DNA of 64,000 nt from Myxococcota bacterium (GTDB taxonomy: Bacteria > Myxococcota_A > UBA9160 > SZUA-336). The translations under genes were made by a program, and so were the position numbers. Below, in pieces: positions 17,716 through 28,036 of this stretch. The stretch lies in assembly GCA_965247115.1 (NCBI GenBank), contig CBDFGR010000003.1, forward strand, positions 1 to 64,000, in the 5' to 3' direction. Position 1 is the stretch's first letter. Each line of letters opens with the position of its first letter. Below the pieces are notes generated by a model. That model worked only from the letters and a program-made list of their open reading frames with translations, was not told where the DNA came from and did not search any database.

Positions 17716-18261
17716 TCAGGCCACGGGTTTTTCGATCACGGGGAGCGACAGATCCTCGATCTCGCGGTGGTGGGGCTTGTTCCAGCCCGGTGTCGCCTGC
17801 ACGCGCGCCTGCAGCTTGAGGAGGCCGTCGATGACGGCCTCTGGACGAGGGGGACACCCCGGGATGTAGATGTCCACGGGAACGATGGTGTCGATCCCCT
17901 GGACCGTCGCGTAGTTGTTGTAGGGTCCGCCGGAGCACGTGCAAGCGCCGAAGGCTACCGTCCACTTCGGCTCCGCCATCTGGTCGTAGACCTTCTTCAG
18001 GATGGGCGCTTGACGGTGGCTGATGGTACCCACGACCATCAACAGATCGGCCTGGCGAGGCGAGAAGCGGGGCAGTGCCGCGCCGAAGCGATCGAGGTCG
18101 TAGCGCGGCCCCGCCGCGGACATGAACTCCATGCCACAGCAAGCGGTCACGAACGGATAGAGAAAGAACGAGTACTTCCGGCCCCAGTTGACTACAGCGT
18201 CGACCGTCGTCGTGAGGAAGGAATCATCTCCCTGGCGCAGGATCTCTCGTTTCTCTGTCAT
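17716..18261 (-). CDS. nuoB: NADH-quinone oxidoreductase subunit B
   Basis: TACCGME, SPRQADL, GAC, IPGCPPRPE. Confidence 0.97.
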   Translation of the reverse strand: MTEKREILRQGDDSFLTTTVDAVVNWGRKYSFFLYPFVTACCGMEFMSAAGPRYDLDRFGAALPRFSPRQADLLMVVGTISHRQAPILKKVYDQMAEPKWTVAFGACTCSGGPYNNYATVQGIDTIVPVDIYIPGCPPRPEAVIDGLLKLQARVQATPGWNKPHHREIEDLSLPVIEKPVA

Positions 18262-18297
18262 CGGCGAAGAATATAGCTGCTCGGGTATGCTCTGCCC

Positions 18298-18993
18298 GTG
18301 GGACTGCTTGCGGCCTGGCTCGTCCACTTCTACACCGCCTCATCGGCGATCTTCGGCTTGTGGGCGATCGTGGCCACGATCCAGCTGGAGTTCCGGCTCG
18401 CGATCTACCTGATGCTCCTCACGCTCGTGATCGATTCCACGGACGGTGCCTTCGCCCGGCTCGTCGACGTGCGCCGCCGCATCCCATGGATCGACGGCCG
18501 GCGTCTGGACGACATCTGCGACTACTTTACCTACGTGCTCGTACCCGCCGTATTCGTGATCCAGACCGAGCTGCTGCCGCACGCAGCGTGGGCGGCGCTC
18601 CCGGTGCTGGCCTCGGCCTACGGCTTCAGCCGGAGCGACGCCAAGACGGAGGATCACTTCTTCGTCGGCTTTCCCTCGTACTGGAACGTCGTCGCCATCT
18701 ACGCCTACCTGCTCCAGCTGGATGCAGACCTCGCACTGTGGATTGTGCTCGGCCTTTCCGCCGCCGTCTTCGTCCCCCTTCGCTACATCTACCCGAGTCG
18801 CACGCGGACCCTGCGGCCGCTGACGCTGGGCGTACTGGGCCTCTGGGTCGTGGGCTTCTCGTGGACCGCGGTCCGGATCCAGCCCGACCCACTCTGGCTG
18901 CGGGTAAGCCTGCTCGGGCCCGCCTACTACCTGGGCGCGTCGCTGCTCCTGAGCCTGCGGAGACGCGAGGCACGAACGAGCGCACCGGGCTAG
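18298..18993 (+). CDS. pcs: Phosphatidylcholine synthase-like CDP-alcohol phosphatidyltransferase
   Basis: VHFYTAS, IDSTDGAFAR, DGRRLDDICDY, KTEDHFFVGFPSYWN, YIYPSR. Confidence 0.8.
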   Translation: MGLLAAWLVHFYTASSAIFGLWAIVATIQLEFRLAIYLMLLTLVIDSTDGAFARLVDVRRRIPWIDGRRLDDICDYFTYVLVPAVFVIQTELLPHAAWAALPVLASAYGFSRSDAKTEDHFFVGFPSYWNVVAIYAYLLQLDADLALWIVLGLSAAVFVPLRYIYPSRTRTLRPLTLGVLGLWVVGFSWTAVRIQPDPLWLRVSLLGPAYYLGASLLLSLRRREARTSAPG

Positions 18994-19003
18994 ACTTCTG
19001 GCG

Positions 19004-19948
19004 ATGCTCGAGCAGCGCGTTCTACTGGCCAGTCCCAGGGGATTCTGCGCGGGTGTCGATCGCGCGATCGAGATCGTCGAGCTCGCACTCGAGACCTACG
19101 GTCCGCCGGTGTACGTACGCCACGAGATCGTGCACAACCGCCACGTGGTCCAGCGGCTGCGCGATCGAGGTGCAATCTTCACCGAGGACCTGGACGAGGT
19201 ACCGGCAGGGAGCCGGGTGATCTTCAGCGCCCATGGGATCTCGCCGGCCGTCCGCGAGCAGGCTCGCGCACGTGACCTGCTCAGTATCGACGCCACCTGC
19301 CCGCTCGTGACCAAGGTGCACGTTGAGGCACTCCGCTACGCGCGGGCCGGCTTTCGCATCGTCCTGGTCGGACATCGCGGCCACGTGGAGGTCGAGGGAA
19401 CGCTCGGACACGCCCCCGACCGTATGCACCTGGTTGAGACACTGGACGACGTGGCGAGGCTCGAGCTGCCGGACACGGACAAGCTCGCTCTGCTCACGCA
19501 GACGACCCTCTCCATCGACGACACCCGAGCGATCGTCCTGGCCTTGCAGCGGCGCTTTCCGAAGATCCGCCTGCCGAGCAAAGACGATATCTGCTACGCC
19601 ACGCAGAATCGACAGAACGCGGTCAAGACCATCGCGGCGGACTGCGAGCTGGTCCTGGTGGTGGGGGCCCCGACCTCGAGCAACTCGAATCGGCTCGTGG
19701 AGGTGGCTCGCGCGCACGGGGCACGAGCACACCTGGTCGAGGACGCAGCAGCGATCGAGCCGGCCTGGCTGGAAACGGCGCGCAGCATCGGCGTGACAGC
19801 CGGCGCCTCGACGCCGGAATTTCTCGTCGAGGACGTGATCCGGAAGCTCGCCTCGCTCGGGTATCCGGAGCCCGAACACGTGGAGCTGGTACGAGAGGAC
19901 ATCCGCTTCACGCTCCCGCTCGAGCTGAAGCGGGATCTCCCGGGCTAG
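19004..19948 (+). CDS. ispH: 4-hydroxy-3-methylbut-2-enyl diphosphate reductase
   Basis: PRGFCAGVDRA, DATCPLVTKVH, DICYATQNRQ, TAGASTP. Confidence 0.98.
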   Translation: MLEQRVLLASPRGFCAGVDRAIEIVELALETYGPPVYVRHEIVHNRHVVQRLRDRGAIFTEDLDEVPAGSRVIFSAHGISPAVREQARARDLLSIDATCPLVTKVHVEALRYARAGFRIVLVGHRGHVEVEGTLGHAPDRMHLVETLDDVARLELPDTDKLALLTQTTLSIDDTRAIVLALQRRFPKIRLPSKDDICYATQNRQNAVKTIAADCELVLVVGAPTSSNSNRLVEVARAHGARAHLVEDAAAIEPAWLETARSIGVTAGASTPEFLVEDVIRKLASLGYPEPEHVELVREDIRFTLPLELKRDLPG

Positions 19949-19982
19949 CCCACCCAGCCCGGCCGCAGCTTCTAGAGCCGTT

Positions 19983-20366
19983 TCAGAGGGCCGCCAGGAT
20001 CGCCGCGCCGAGACCTCCAAGAGCGAGAATGGACGTGGCCAGGAATCCGATCCCAAAGCCCAAGCCGCGCTTGTCCGGATCCTTGACGTAGCCTCGTAGG
20101 TAGAGGATTCGGCCGAGAATGAAGAACAGGCCGATGATCGCGGCCGCCACCGGGTTGAGGAACAGGCCGAAGAGCCACAGGCTTGGCAGGAAGACTACCA
20201 GCTGCTCGATGGTGTTCTGCTGCACGCGGTAGTAGCGCTCGAAGATCTCGTGCCCTGTCGTCGCGGGAGCCGGGACCCCATACTTGCCCCGCGCCCGACC
20301 GACCAGGAGCTGGACGGTGACGTATTCCAGCACTGCCAGCATGGTGACTACCGAGATGTACTCCAT
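19983..20366 (-). CDS. MAPEG family membrane protein
   Basis: VGRARGKYGV, FERYYRVQQNTIEQ, GRILYLRGY. Confidence 0.9.
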   Translation of the reverse strand: MEYISVVTMLAVLEYVTVQLLVGRARGKYGVPAPATTGHEIFERYYRVQQNTIEQLVVFLPSLWLFGLFLNPVAAAIIGLFFILGRILYLRGYVKDPDKRGLGFGIGFLATSILALGGLGAAILAAL

Positions 20367-20455
20367 GTCCGGGAGTGTACCAGGCTCGCATGACGCATCT
20401 TCGTCGGACCCTGACACTTCCACGCGGACCCCGACCTCTGCTACGCTCAACACGG

Positions 20456-21133
20456 ATGGTACTCGTGGTCCTTCTCCTGCTCGCTACCCCGCTGCCGGCG
20501 ATCGCCGACGGCACCCCGGACGTGGGCGCGGCCAACTGCGTCGCCTGCGAGAGTCCGCTGCCGAACCCCCGAGCGCTCTACTCTCCTTCCGACTGGGAGG
20601 CCCTCGAGGGGGGATCGATCCTCCTGGCCAAAGGGGACGAGCTGCCAAAGCGGGGCCACGGGAAGGGGCAGGATAGCTCTGCCTCGGGCCTGATTCGTCA
20701 CGCCCCCGGACAGGTTTGGAAGGTCCTGACGGACTTCGAGACCTGGCCGACGTTCATGCCGCACATCACGCGGACGCGCGTCACCCGCAAGGACGGCAGC
20801 CGCACCTGGGTGCGTCAGAACTACCGGGTCGTGTTCTTCGGTATGGAGCACACGACGGTCTACACACTGGATCCGCGCTTCGGGGAGCTGAGCTGGTCGC
20901 TCGATCTGACTCAGAAGCACGACATCAAGTCCAGTGCGGGACGCTGGCAGCTCATCCCGGCGAACAGGGGCCACGAGACCTTGATCCGCTACGTCGCGGA
21001 GATGAACGCGGGCCGCAAGGTTCCCCCTTCGGTGGAGGGGATGTTGAGAAAGCGGTCGCTCTCGCGGTTGATTGCGAGTTTGCGGCGCGAGGTGAACCGG
21101 CGCTACGGGACGAACGGGTCGGCGGCGGACTAG
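20456..21133 (+). CDS. Secreted SRPBCC/START-fold protein (start uncertain)
   Basis: Signal peptide; APGQVWKVLTDFETWPTFMPH. Confidence 0.75.
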   Translation: MVLVVLLLLATPLPAIADGTPDVGAANCVACESPLPNPRALYSPSDWEALEGGSILLAKGDELPKRGHGKGQDSSASGLIRHAPGQVWKVLTDFETWPTFMPHITRTRVTRKDGSRTWVRQNYRVVFFGMEHTTVYTLDPRFGELSWSLDLTQKHDIKSSAGRWQLIPANRGHETLIRYVAEMNAGRKVPPSVEGMLRKRSLSRLIASLRREVNRRYGTNGSAAD

Positions 21134-21212
21134 GTCGTCTGGCTCGAGAGCCGAGCGGTACGCCCGACACCGGAGGCTGCGGAACGCCCTCCGGCGGATG
21201 TCTCCACGGAGC

Positions 21213-22310
21213 TCAGCTCAGGCCGGGTATGAGACAGGAGTGGATGGACTCCTCGCCGGGGATCTCTCGCGCCAGCGTGCGGATGGCCAGCTCCGCCTCG
21301 CGCAGGTCGAAGTCGTGCGTGTGCATCTTCTCGATCGGGATCTTGCCGGACTCGAGCAGGCGGATCGCGCTCCTGTAGCCCGTCGAGGTGACGCCGATGG
21401 CACCGCGGATCGAGATCTCCTTCATCACGATCTTGTCGGAGACGAACCCATCCACCGGCTTGTAGCCCTTGACACCCGCGAGCACGATTGTGCCGCCGGG
21501 ACGAACATAGTCGAGGGCCTCGGCGACCGGCTCCGTGGCGTAGGACGTCACGTCGACCACGACCTCTGCGCCGCGGCCGTCCGTGAGCTCGCGGATGCGC
21601 TGCCTGGCGTTCTCGTTCTGCACGTCGATCACATGGTCGGCTCCGAACTCCTTCGCGAGCAGCAGCTTCTGCGCGTCCGCCGCCAGGCCGGTGACGATGA
21701 TGGCGTCCGCGCCCGCCTCGCGGCAGGCGATCACGCTCGAGAGCCCGCGCTGACCGGGGCCGAGCACCACGACGGTGTCACCAGGCCCGGTCTCCGGGAT
21801 CTCGACGGCCCAGCGGAACCCGGCACCCAGCGGGTTGAACATAACGGCGACCTCTGCCGGGAGCGTCGGGTCTACCTTGTGCACGATGGCGTTCGCTGCG
21901 ATGAACATGTACTCGGCGTACGCGCCCCACAGGCCCGGCTCATCGGTGACCGGAATGTAGGAGTAGATGCGGCGCTGCTCGCAGAGGTGGTAGCGCCCCG
22001 AAAGGCACGGCCCGCAGAAACGGCACGAGAGCATCGTCTCGACTGCAACCCGGTCGCCCACGTCGACACCCCAGCGTCTTGCTGCGCGATCTCCGATCTT
22101 GTCGATGATGCCCAACGGCTCGTGACCGGGAATCACCGGGTCCTTGATTCGCAGCACCCCCTCGAACTGCTCGTAGTCGCTGCCGCAGATGCCACAGGTC
22201 TCAATACGAAGCAGCGCGGTGTCCGCGTCGATCTCAGGGATGGGCAGGTCCCGAGCTTCGAGCGTGCGCGGAGCCGTCTGCACCATTGCCAGGCACTTTT
22301 TGCTGGCCAT
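21213..22310 (-). CDS. Zn-dependent medium-chain dehydrogenase
   Basis: CGICGSD, GHE, CRFCGPC...C, GPGQRG. Confidence 0.92.
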   Translation of the reverse strand: MASKKCLAMVQTAPRTLEARDLPIPEIDADTALLRIETCGICGSDYEQFEGVLRIKDPVIPGHEPLGIIDKIGDRAARRWGVDVGDRVAVETMLSCRFCGPCLSGRYHLCEQRRIYSYIPVTDEPGLWGAYAEYMFIAANAIVHKVDPTLPAEVAVMFNPLGAGFRWAVEIPETGPGDTVVVLGPGQRGLSSVIACREAGADAIIVTGLAADAQKLLLAKEFGADHVIDVQNENARQRIRELTDGRGAEVVVDVTSYATEPVAEALDYVRPGGTIVLAGVKGYKPVDGFVSDKIVMKEISIRGAIGVTSTGYRSAIRLLESGKIPIEKMHTHDFDLREAELAIRTLAREIPGEESIHSCLIPGLS

Positions 22311-22344
22311 CCTGGCTATCATTGTAGAGGAAGGAGAATGCGCC

Positions 22345-22914
22345 ATGCAGCCCGAGCCCCGGATCGAACGACTGTCAATCGAGGACGCCCGCGCGGCCGC
22401 GAAAGAGGTCGGCGTCAGAGAGAGCATGGCCGAGCTGAACGTCTTCCGCGTGCTCTTGAACCACCCGCCGGTCGCGAAGGCCCTCCATGACCTGCTCGTT
22501 GCCCTGCTCTTCGAAGGGAAGCTCGACCCACGCCTGCGGGAGCTCCTGATCATGCGCATCGGCTGGGTGACGGGCTCCGACTACGAATGGACCCAGCACT
22601 GGCGCGTGGCCCGGCAGCTCGGGGTGAGCGACGAAGACCTGCTCGCCGTGCGCGACTGGCGCGGGTCTGACCGCTTCGGCGCCGCGGAGCGGGCCGTACT
22701 GGCGGCGACGGACGACACACTCTCTAGCGGCAAGATCTCGCCGGCGACCTGGGCCGAGTGCGAGGCGACCGTCGGGGGGAAGGATGAGCTGATCGAGCTG
22801 GTGGGGGCGATCGGCAACTGGCGCATGATCTCGCACGTGCTCCAGAGTCTGGACGTGCCGCTGGAAGACGGTGTGGAGGGCTGGCCACCCGACGGTCGAC
22901 CAGGAGCCGCCTGA
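22345..22914 (+). CDS. Carboxymuconolactone decarboxylase family protein
   Basis: LDPRLRELLIMR...YEWTQH. Confidence 0.88.
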   Translation: MQPEPRIERLSIEDARAAAKEVGVRESMAELNVFRVLLNHPPVAKALHDLLVALLFEGKLDPRLRELLIMRIGWVTGSDYEWTQHWRVARQLGVSDEDLLAVRDWRGSDRFGAAERAVLAATDDTLSSGKISPATWAECEATVGGKDELIELVGAIGNWRMISHVLQSLDVPLEDGVEGWPPDGRPGAA

Positions 22915-22975
22915 CGCACGGGCTCCACGGCGGGGCCCCGCTCGTTGCGATACCCTGGGATGGGAGGAAGTCGCG

Positions 22976-23557
22976 ATGTCCGAAGCCATCATCAGCGTGA
23001 CCGAGACTGCGGCGGCCGAGATTCAACGCCTGCTCCAGGCCAAGGACCTCGAAGACAGCGCCATCCGTGTCGAGGTCCGCGATCTGGCCGGGCGCATGTA
23101 CAACCTGCGCTTCGTACCGCGTACCGAGCAGAACGACGACGACGTGCTCGTAGAGTCGCGCGGCGTGGCTCTGCTACTCGACTCGAGGAGTGCCTCACGC
23201 GTTGCCAGCGCCTCTCTCGACTTCGTCGAGGAGCTGAACTCGAGCGGCTTTCGCCTGGAGAATCCGAATCGGCCACCCCTCACAGGACTCGCCGCAGACG
23301 TGCAGGAAGCGATCGACCGCCACGTCAACCCGATGGTCGCCCAGCACGGCGGACAGGTGCTGTTGATCGACGCAGTAGATGGCCGCGTGCGCCTCGAGTT
23401 CGGCGGCGGCTGCCAGGGCTGTGGGATGGTGGACGTGACGCTCAAGCAAGGGGTCGAGACGATGCTGAAAGAGGCCGTCCCCGGGATCACGGAGATCGTG
23501 GACGCGACGGATCACGCAGCCGGCGACACCCCCTACTATCCACCCGAGGCGCCCTGA
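22976..23557 (+). CDS. nfuA: Fe-S carrier NfuA
   Basis: Cys-less A-type domain plus NifU-C domain HGGQV...GGCQGC. Confidence 0.9.
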   Translation: MSEAIISVTETAAAEIQRLLQAKDLEDSAIRVEVRDLAGRMYNLRFVPRTEQNDDDVLVESRGVALLLDSRSASRVASASLDFVEELNSSGFRLENPNRPPLTGLAADVQEAIDRHVNPMVAQHGGQVLLIDAVDGRVRLEFGGGCQGCGMVDVTLKQGVETMLKEAVPGITEIVDATDHAAGDTPYYPPEAP

Positions 23558-23565
23558 CCGAGTCC

Positions 23566-24600
23566 ATGAGCTCGACCCCTCCCCCTTTGGACAGCTACGG
23601 GCGCCAGCTGCGCGATCTGCGCATCTCGGTGACCGATCGCTGCAACTTCCGCTGCCCGTACTGCATGCCGGCGGAGATCTTCGGCGAGCGCTACCAGTTT
23701 CTGCCGAAGGCAGAGGTCCTGAGCTTCGAGGAGATCGAGCGGCTGGCCCGTCTCTTCGTCGACCTTGGTGCGCGGAAGCTGCGCATCACGGGTGGCGAGC
23801 CCCTGGTCCGCTCGGAGCTGCCGCGCCTCGTAGAGCGCCTGGCGGCCATCGACGGCGTGGGCGACCTGGCCATGACCACAAACGCGTCACTCCTGGCGCC
23901 CGTAGCGCAGCAGCTCGTGGACGTAGGGCTGCGGCGGGTCACCGTGAGCCTCGACAGTTTGAACAAGGACGTGTTCGAGCAAATGAACGGCACGGCCTTT
24001 CCACTCGAGAAGGTGCTGGCGGGCCTGGAGGCGGCCGAGCGCGTCGGCCTCACGCCGATCAAGATCAACTGCGTCGTCCAGCGTGGCGTCAACGATGAGT
24101 CGCTGGTCGAGCTCGCGAGGCGCTTCCGCGGCCAGAACCACATCCTGCGTTTCATCGAGTTCATGGACGTGGGCACGCTCAACGGCTGGAAGCTCGAGCA
24201 GGTCGTCCCCGCGGCAGAGATCCTCGCGCGCATCGACAAGGAGCTGCCGCTGGAGCCGCGGGAGCCCAGCTATGTGGGAGAGGTGGCCCGGCGCTACGCC
24301 TATCGGGATGGGGGAGGCGAGATCGGCATCATTGCGTCCGTGACGCAGCCCTTCTGTGGGGACTGCACGCGCGCGCGACTATCTGCCGACGGCCACCTGG
24401 TTACGTGCCTGTTCGCCAAGTCGGGGACCGACCTCAAGACGCCCCTCCGCGCTGGAGCCTCGGACCGCGAGCTCCGCGAGCGGATCACTGGCGTGTGGCG
24501 AAGCCGCTCGGACCGCTACTCGGAGGAGCGACTTGGCGAGACCCCCGGCGCCGAGCTCGAGCGGCGCAGCAAGATCGAGATGTACAAGATCGGGGGGTAG
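23566..24600 (+). CDS. moaA: GTP 3',8-cyclase
   Basis: LRISVTDRCNFRCPYC, TGGEP, FCGDCTRARL, C-terminal IGG. Confidence 0.97.
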   Translation: MSSTPPPLDSYGRQLRDLRISVTDRCNFRCPYCMPAEIFGERYQFLPKAEVLSFEEIERLARLFVDLGARKLRITGGEPLVRSELPRLVERLAAIDGVGDLAMTTNASLLAPVAQQLVDVGLRRVTVSLDSLNKDVFEQMNGTAFPLEKVLAGLEAAERVGLTPIKINCVVQRGVNDESLVELARRFRGQNHILRFIEFMDVGTLNGWKLEQVVPAAEILARIDKELPLEPREPSYVGEVARRYAYRDGGGEIGIIASVTQPFCGDCTRARLSADGHLVTCLFAKSGTDLKTPLRAGASDRELRERITGVWRSRSDRYSEERLGETPGAELERRSKIEMYKIGG

Positions 24601-24645
24601 CAGCAGAGGCGCCCACAGCGCGAGCGTCGTAGAATGCGGCCGCAC

Positions 24646-25989
24646 ATGAGGCTCGAGAACAAGATCCTTGCCTTCGTTGCCGCAGTCTCGAGTCTGCTGT
24701 TCTGGGGGGCCTGCTCGCCGACGTCGGCCCCCTCCGATCCGGCCCCACGCGTCGACAGACTCACCATCCTCCACACGAACGACGTGCACGCCCACCTGCT
24801 GCCGGACGAGCAGGGCCGCGGCGGTTGGGCCTCGATTGCGGCGCTGATCAAGGCCAAGAAACAGAGCCAGCAGGATGTCCTCGTTCTTGACGGGGGCGAC
24901 ATGACCCAGGGAACTCCCGTGAGCACAATCTTCTACGGGACGCCGATCTTTCACGTGATGAACGCGTCGGCCTACGACTTTGCGGTGCTGGGCAATCACG
25001 AGTTCGACAATGGCACGGCCTACATCCGCGAGTTTCGCGAGATCGCCTCGTTTCCCCTGCTCTCGGCCAACGTGCTCGAGCGTGGACAGCTGGTGGCGGA
25101 CGCACCCACCGCGCTGGTGGACGTCGACGGTGTACGGGTAGGCATCATCGGCATCACAACGAGCGACGCGATCCACGAGGAGGGTGTCTCCTTCCTGTCG
25201 CCGGAGGACGTGGTCGCCAAGTACGTCCCCGAGCTGGACGAAGAGGCGGACCTGATCGTCGCCCTGACCCACCTCGGCTTCGAGAGAGACAGCGAGCTCG
25301 CCGCGGCGTCGGAGGGAATCGACGTGATCGTGGGTGGCCACTCGAATACGGAGCTCGAGGCCCCGGTCAAGGTCCAGAACACGTGGATCGTTCAAGCCGG
25401 CTCGTGGGGGTTGTTCCTCGGGCAGCTGGACCTGCGCATCGACCTGGATACGGAAGAGCTGATCTCGGTGCACGGCGAGCTCATCCCCATCCCCGAGGCT
25501 GGCACGGTTCCGGACCCCCAGACGCTCGCCGTCGTTCGCGAGTGGGAGGGGAAGGTGGCGGATCAGATGGACGTGAAGATCGGCCACAACCCCGTCGAGC
25601 AGGACATCCCCACGCTGAAGCAGAACATCGAGCGCGTCTGGCTAGCAACGTATCGCACCGACTTCGCGTACCAGAATCCGGGCGGAACGCGCGCCTATCT
25701 CCCCGCCGGCGACATCCTGGTCCGCCACATCTGGAGCGCGATGCCGTTCGACAACACGCTGGTCACGGTGGATCTCTCGCAAGAGGAAGTCCGGACCATC
25801 ATGCCGGACGCCGAATTCGCGGAGCCCAAGCAGCACTACTCCGTCATCACGAACAGCTACGTCGGCGACCGCATGCGGAGCGGCGGCGGCTTGCCTGCTG
25901 AGAGAATCCACCGGATCGACACCACGTGGCGCGAGCCCATCTTGAAGTACGTGCGGGCGAATGGCCATCTGAATCCGGATTCGCGCTAG
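24646..25989 (+). CDS. 5'-nucleotidase/metallophosphoesterase, probable lipoprotein
   Basis: HTNDVH, DGGD, GNHEFD, GGHS, NPGG, PFDN. Confidence 0.92.
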   Translation: MRLENKILAFVAAVSSLLFWGACSPTSAPSDPAPRVDRLTILHTNDVHAHLLPDEQGRGGWASIAALIKAKKQSQQDVLVLDGGDMTQGTPVSTIFYGTPIFHVMNASAYDFAVLGNHEFDNGTAYIREFREIASFPLLSANVLERGQLVADAPTALVDVDGVRVGIIGITTSDAIHEEGVSFLSPEDVVAKYVPELDEEADLIVALTHLGFERDSELAAASEGIDVIVGGHSNTELEAPVKVQNTWIVQAGSWGLFLGQLDLRIDLDTEELISVHGELIPIPEAGTVPDPQTLAVVREWEGKVADQMDVKIGHNPVEQDIPTLKQNIERVWLATYRTDFAYQNPGGTRAYLPAGDILVRHIWSAMPFDNTLVTVDLSQEEVRTIMPDAEFAEPKQHYSVITNSYVGDRMRSGGGLPAERIHRIDTTWREPILKYVRANGHLNPDSR

Positions 25990-26000
25990 ACTGGGCGCTC

Positions 26001-26627
26001 GTGGACCTCGAGATCCGCCCAGCCACGCTCGCCGACGTGCCGGCGCTGGAGCGCCGTTGCTGGCGCGGCGGCGAGGCCGAGATGCGGCAGCGGATCGCGG
26101 ATCAGGGCACGTGCTCGTTCATCGCGTGCGATGCGGGGCGCCCCGTCGCACAGCTCTATCTCCGCGCGTATCGGCCCGGCTTCCGTTCCCCCGCGGGGCT
26201 GACGGACGGCGCATGGTGGGCCGACTTGAAGGGGGTCGAGGGAAGCGTCTCGCTGCCTTCCCGGATCGCACTCCTCGGTTGCTGGCACGTGGGACGCGTG
26301 AGGATGCCGGATGGAACGGAGGCCGAGGCAGAGGAGTACCGGGGCAGAGGCGTGGGCGTCGCACTGCTCGAGGCGGCCGCGGACTGGCTGCGCGCTCCCG
26401 GCTCTCCCTTCGATGCGCTCGCCGGAAAGGCGACGGACAGCGAAGACCGCGGCTACCTCGGCTGGGTCGGAGGCCTGCCCCGGTCTGCCTTCGCTTCGCT
26501 CGGCTTCCAGTGCCTCGCGAGCTTCGAGGATTCCTACCTCGTTGCGGAGCCGGAGGCGGTGCCGGAGTCGGCCGTTGCCGAGCATCCTGCGCGCTTCCAC
26601 CTGATGCTCCTGCCACGCGAGGCATAA
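26001..26627 (+). CDS. GNAT-fold protein
   Basis: EIRPAT N-terminus; EYRGRGVGVALL acetyl-CoA motif. Confidence 0.75.
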   Translation: MDLEIRPATLADVPALERRCWRGGEAEMRQRIADQGTCSFIACDAGRPVAQLYLRAYRPGFRSPAGLTDGAWWADLKGVEGSVSLPSRIALLGCWHVGRVRMPDGTEAEAEEYRGRGVGVALLEAAADWLRAPGSPFDALAGKATDSEDRGYLGWVGGLPRSAFASLGFQCLASFEDSYLVAEPEAVPESAVAEHPARFHLMLLPREA

Positions 26628-26628
26628 C

Positions 26629-28017
26629 GTGGGGAGGCCGGACTACCGGGAAGAGAGCTTCTGGATGAGGAGCCTGTCAGACGATCTTTCTCCGCGTCCC
26701 CCGCTCGAGAGCGACACCGAGGTGGACGTGGCCATCGTAGGGGCCGGCTACACCGGACTGTGGACTGCCTTTTACCTCAAGCACTTGCAACCAGATCTTC
26801 GAGTGGCGATTGCAGAGGCCGAGATCGCCGGATACGGGGCTTCCGGGCGCAACGGCGGCTGGTGCGTGGGGGCGACGTCCGGGATGGAGACCTACCTGGC
26901 AACTCCGGAGCTCCGCGACGGCGGGCTCAGGCTGCAGCGCGCGCTCTTCGAGACCGTGAACGAGATCGGGCGGGTGTGCGAGACGGCGCGCATCGACTGC
27001 CACTTCCAGAAGGGCGGCTTGCTGCAGCTCGCGACCGCGCCTGCACACCGGGTGTCGATCCGGGCGCGGCTCGAAAAATACCGTGCTCTCGGCCTGGGTG
27101 AGGAGCACTACCGCTGGCTCGAGCCCCCCGAGTCCGCAGCGCGGATTCGCGTTCGCAGCAATCTGGGGGCGATGTTCACACCTCACTGCGCGGCCGTGCA
27201 CCCGGCTCGCCTGGCGCGCGGTCTCGCAGCTGCGGTAGAGGGAAAGGGCGTTCGGATCTACGAGCACTCTCCCGTCGTCGCCGTCGAGCGTGGAGTCGCG
27301 ATCACAGCGCGGGGGCGGTTGCGGGCGGATCTCGTCGTGTTGGCGACCGAAGCCTATACGCAGACGCTGCCCGGCCACGCGAGGCGACTGATCCCCATAC
27401 ACTCCATGATGATCGCGACGGAACCGCTGCCGGAAGAGACCTGGAAGGAGATCGGACTCGAGCGGCGCGAGACCTTCGGAGATGCGCGGCGGATGGTGAT
27501 CTACGGCCAGCGCACGGCAGACGATCGGATCGCGTTTGGTGGGCGCGCCGGCTACTACCTGGGCTCCAGGATCCGCAACCGGTTCCCGAGCGACCACGCG
27601 GCCTTTGGCCGGGTCCGGGCGATCCTCACCTCCCTGCTCCCGATCCTCTCCGGTGCCCGCGTCACGCATCGCTGGGGAGGCGCGCTGGGGGTGCCGCGAG
27701 ACTGGCTTGTGTCGGTCGGCCTCGACCGAGGGAACAAGCAGGCCTGGGGGGGCGGCTATGTGGGCGAGGGAGTCGCGGCGTCCAACCTGGTCGGACGCAC
27801 GCTCGCGGACCTGATCCTGAAGCGCGACACGGAGCTCGTCGGCCTCCCGTGGGTCCGGCCTCCCGCTCGAAACTGGGAGCCGGATCCCCTTCGCTGGCTC
27901 GCGGTACGGGCGGTCCGCGCACTGGGCGACTCGCTCGACAGAAGCGAGCTGCGCGGTGCGAGGCCCTCCAGGCTGCGGCGTGCGCTCTTCCGGGGCCTGT
28001 CCGGCAGGGGGTCCTAG
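26629..28017 (+). CDS. FAD-dependent oxidoreductase (DAO/PuuB-like)
   Basis: VGAGYTGLW, GASGRNGG, HPARLARGL, WEPDPLRW. Confidence 0.92.
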   Translation: MGRPDYREESFWMRSLSDDLSPRPPLESDTEVDVAIVGAGYTGLWTAFYLKHLQPDLRVAIAEAEIAGYGASGRNGGWCVGATSGMETYLATPELRDGGLRLQRALFETVNEIGRVCETARIDCHFQKGGLLQLATAPAHRVSIRARLEKYRALGLGEEHYRWLEPPESAARIRVRSNLGAMFTPHCAAVHPARLARGLAAAVEGKGVRIYEHSPVVAVERGVAITARGRLRADLVVLATEAYTQTLPGHARRLIPIHSMMIATEPLPEETWKEIGLERRETFGDARRMVIYGQRTADDRIAFGGRAGYYLGSRIRNRFPSDHAAFGRVRAILTSLLPILSGARVTHRWGGALGVPRDWLVSVGLDRGNKQAWGGGYVGEGVAASNLVGRTLADLILKRDTELVGLPWVRPPARNWEPDPLRWLAVRAVRALGDSLDRSELRGARPSRLRRALFRGLSGRGS

Positions 28018-28036
28018 ACCCGGTTCGAGGGTCGGC

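Noticed and set aside
22345..22914. AhpD partner for an Lpd-E2 peroxidase relay
   Set aside because: No CxxC (SDYEWTQH instead) and not linked to the lpdA block
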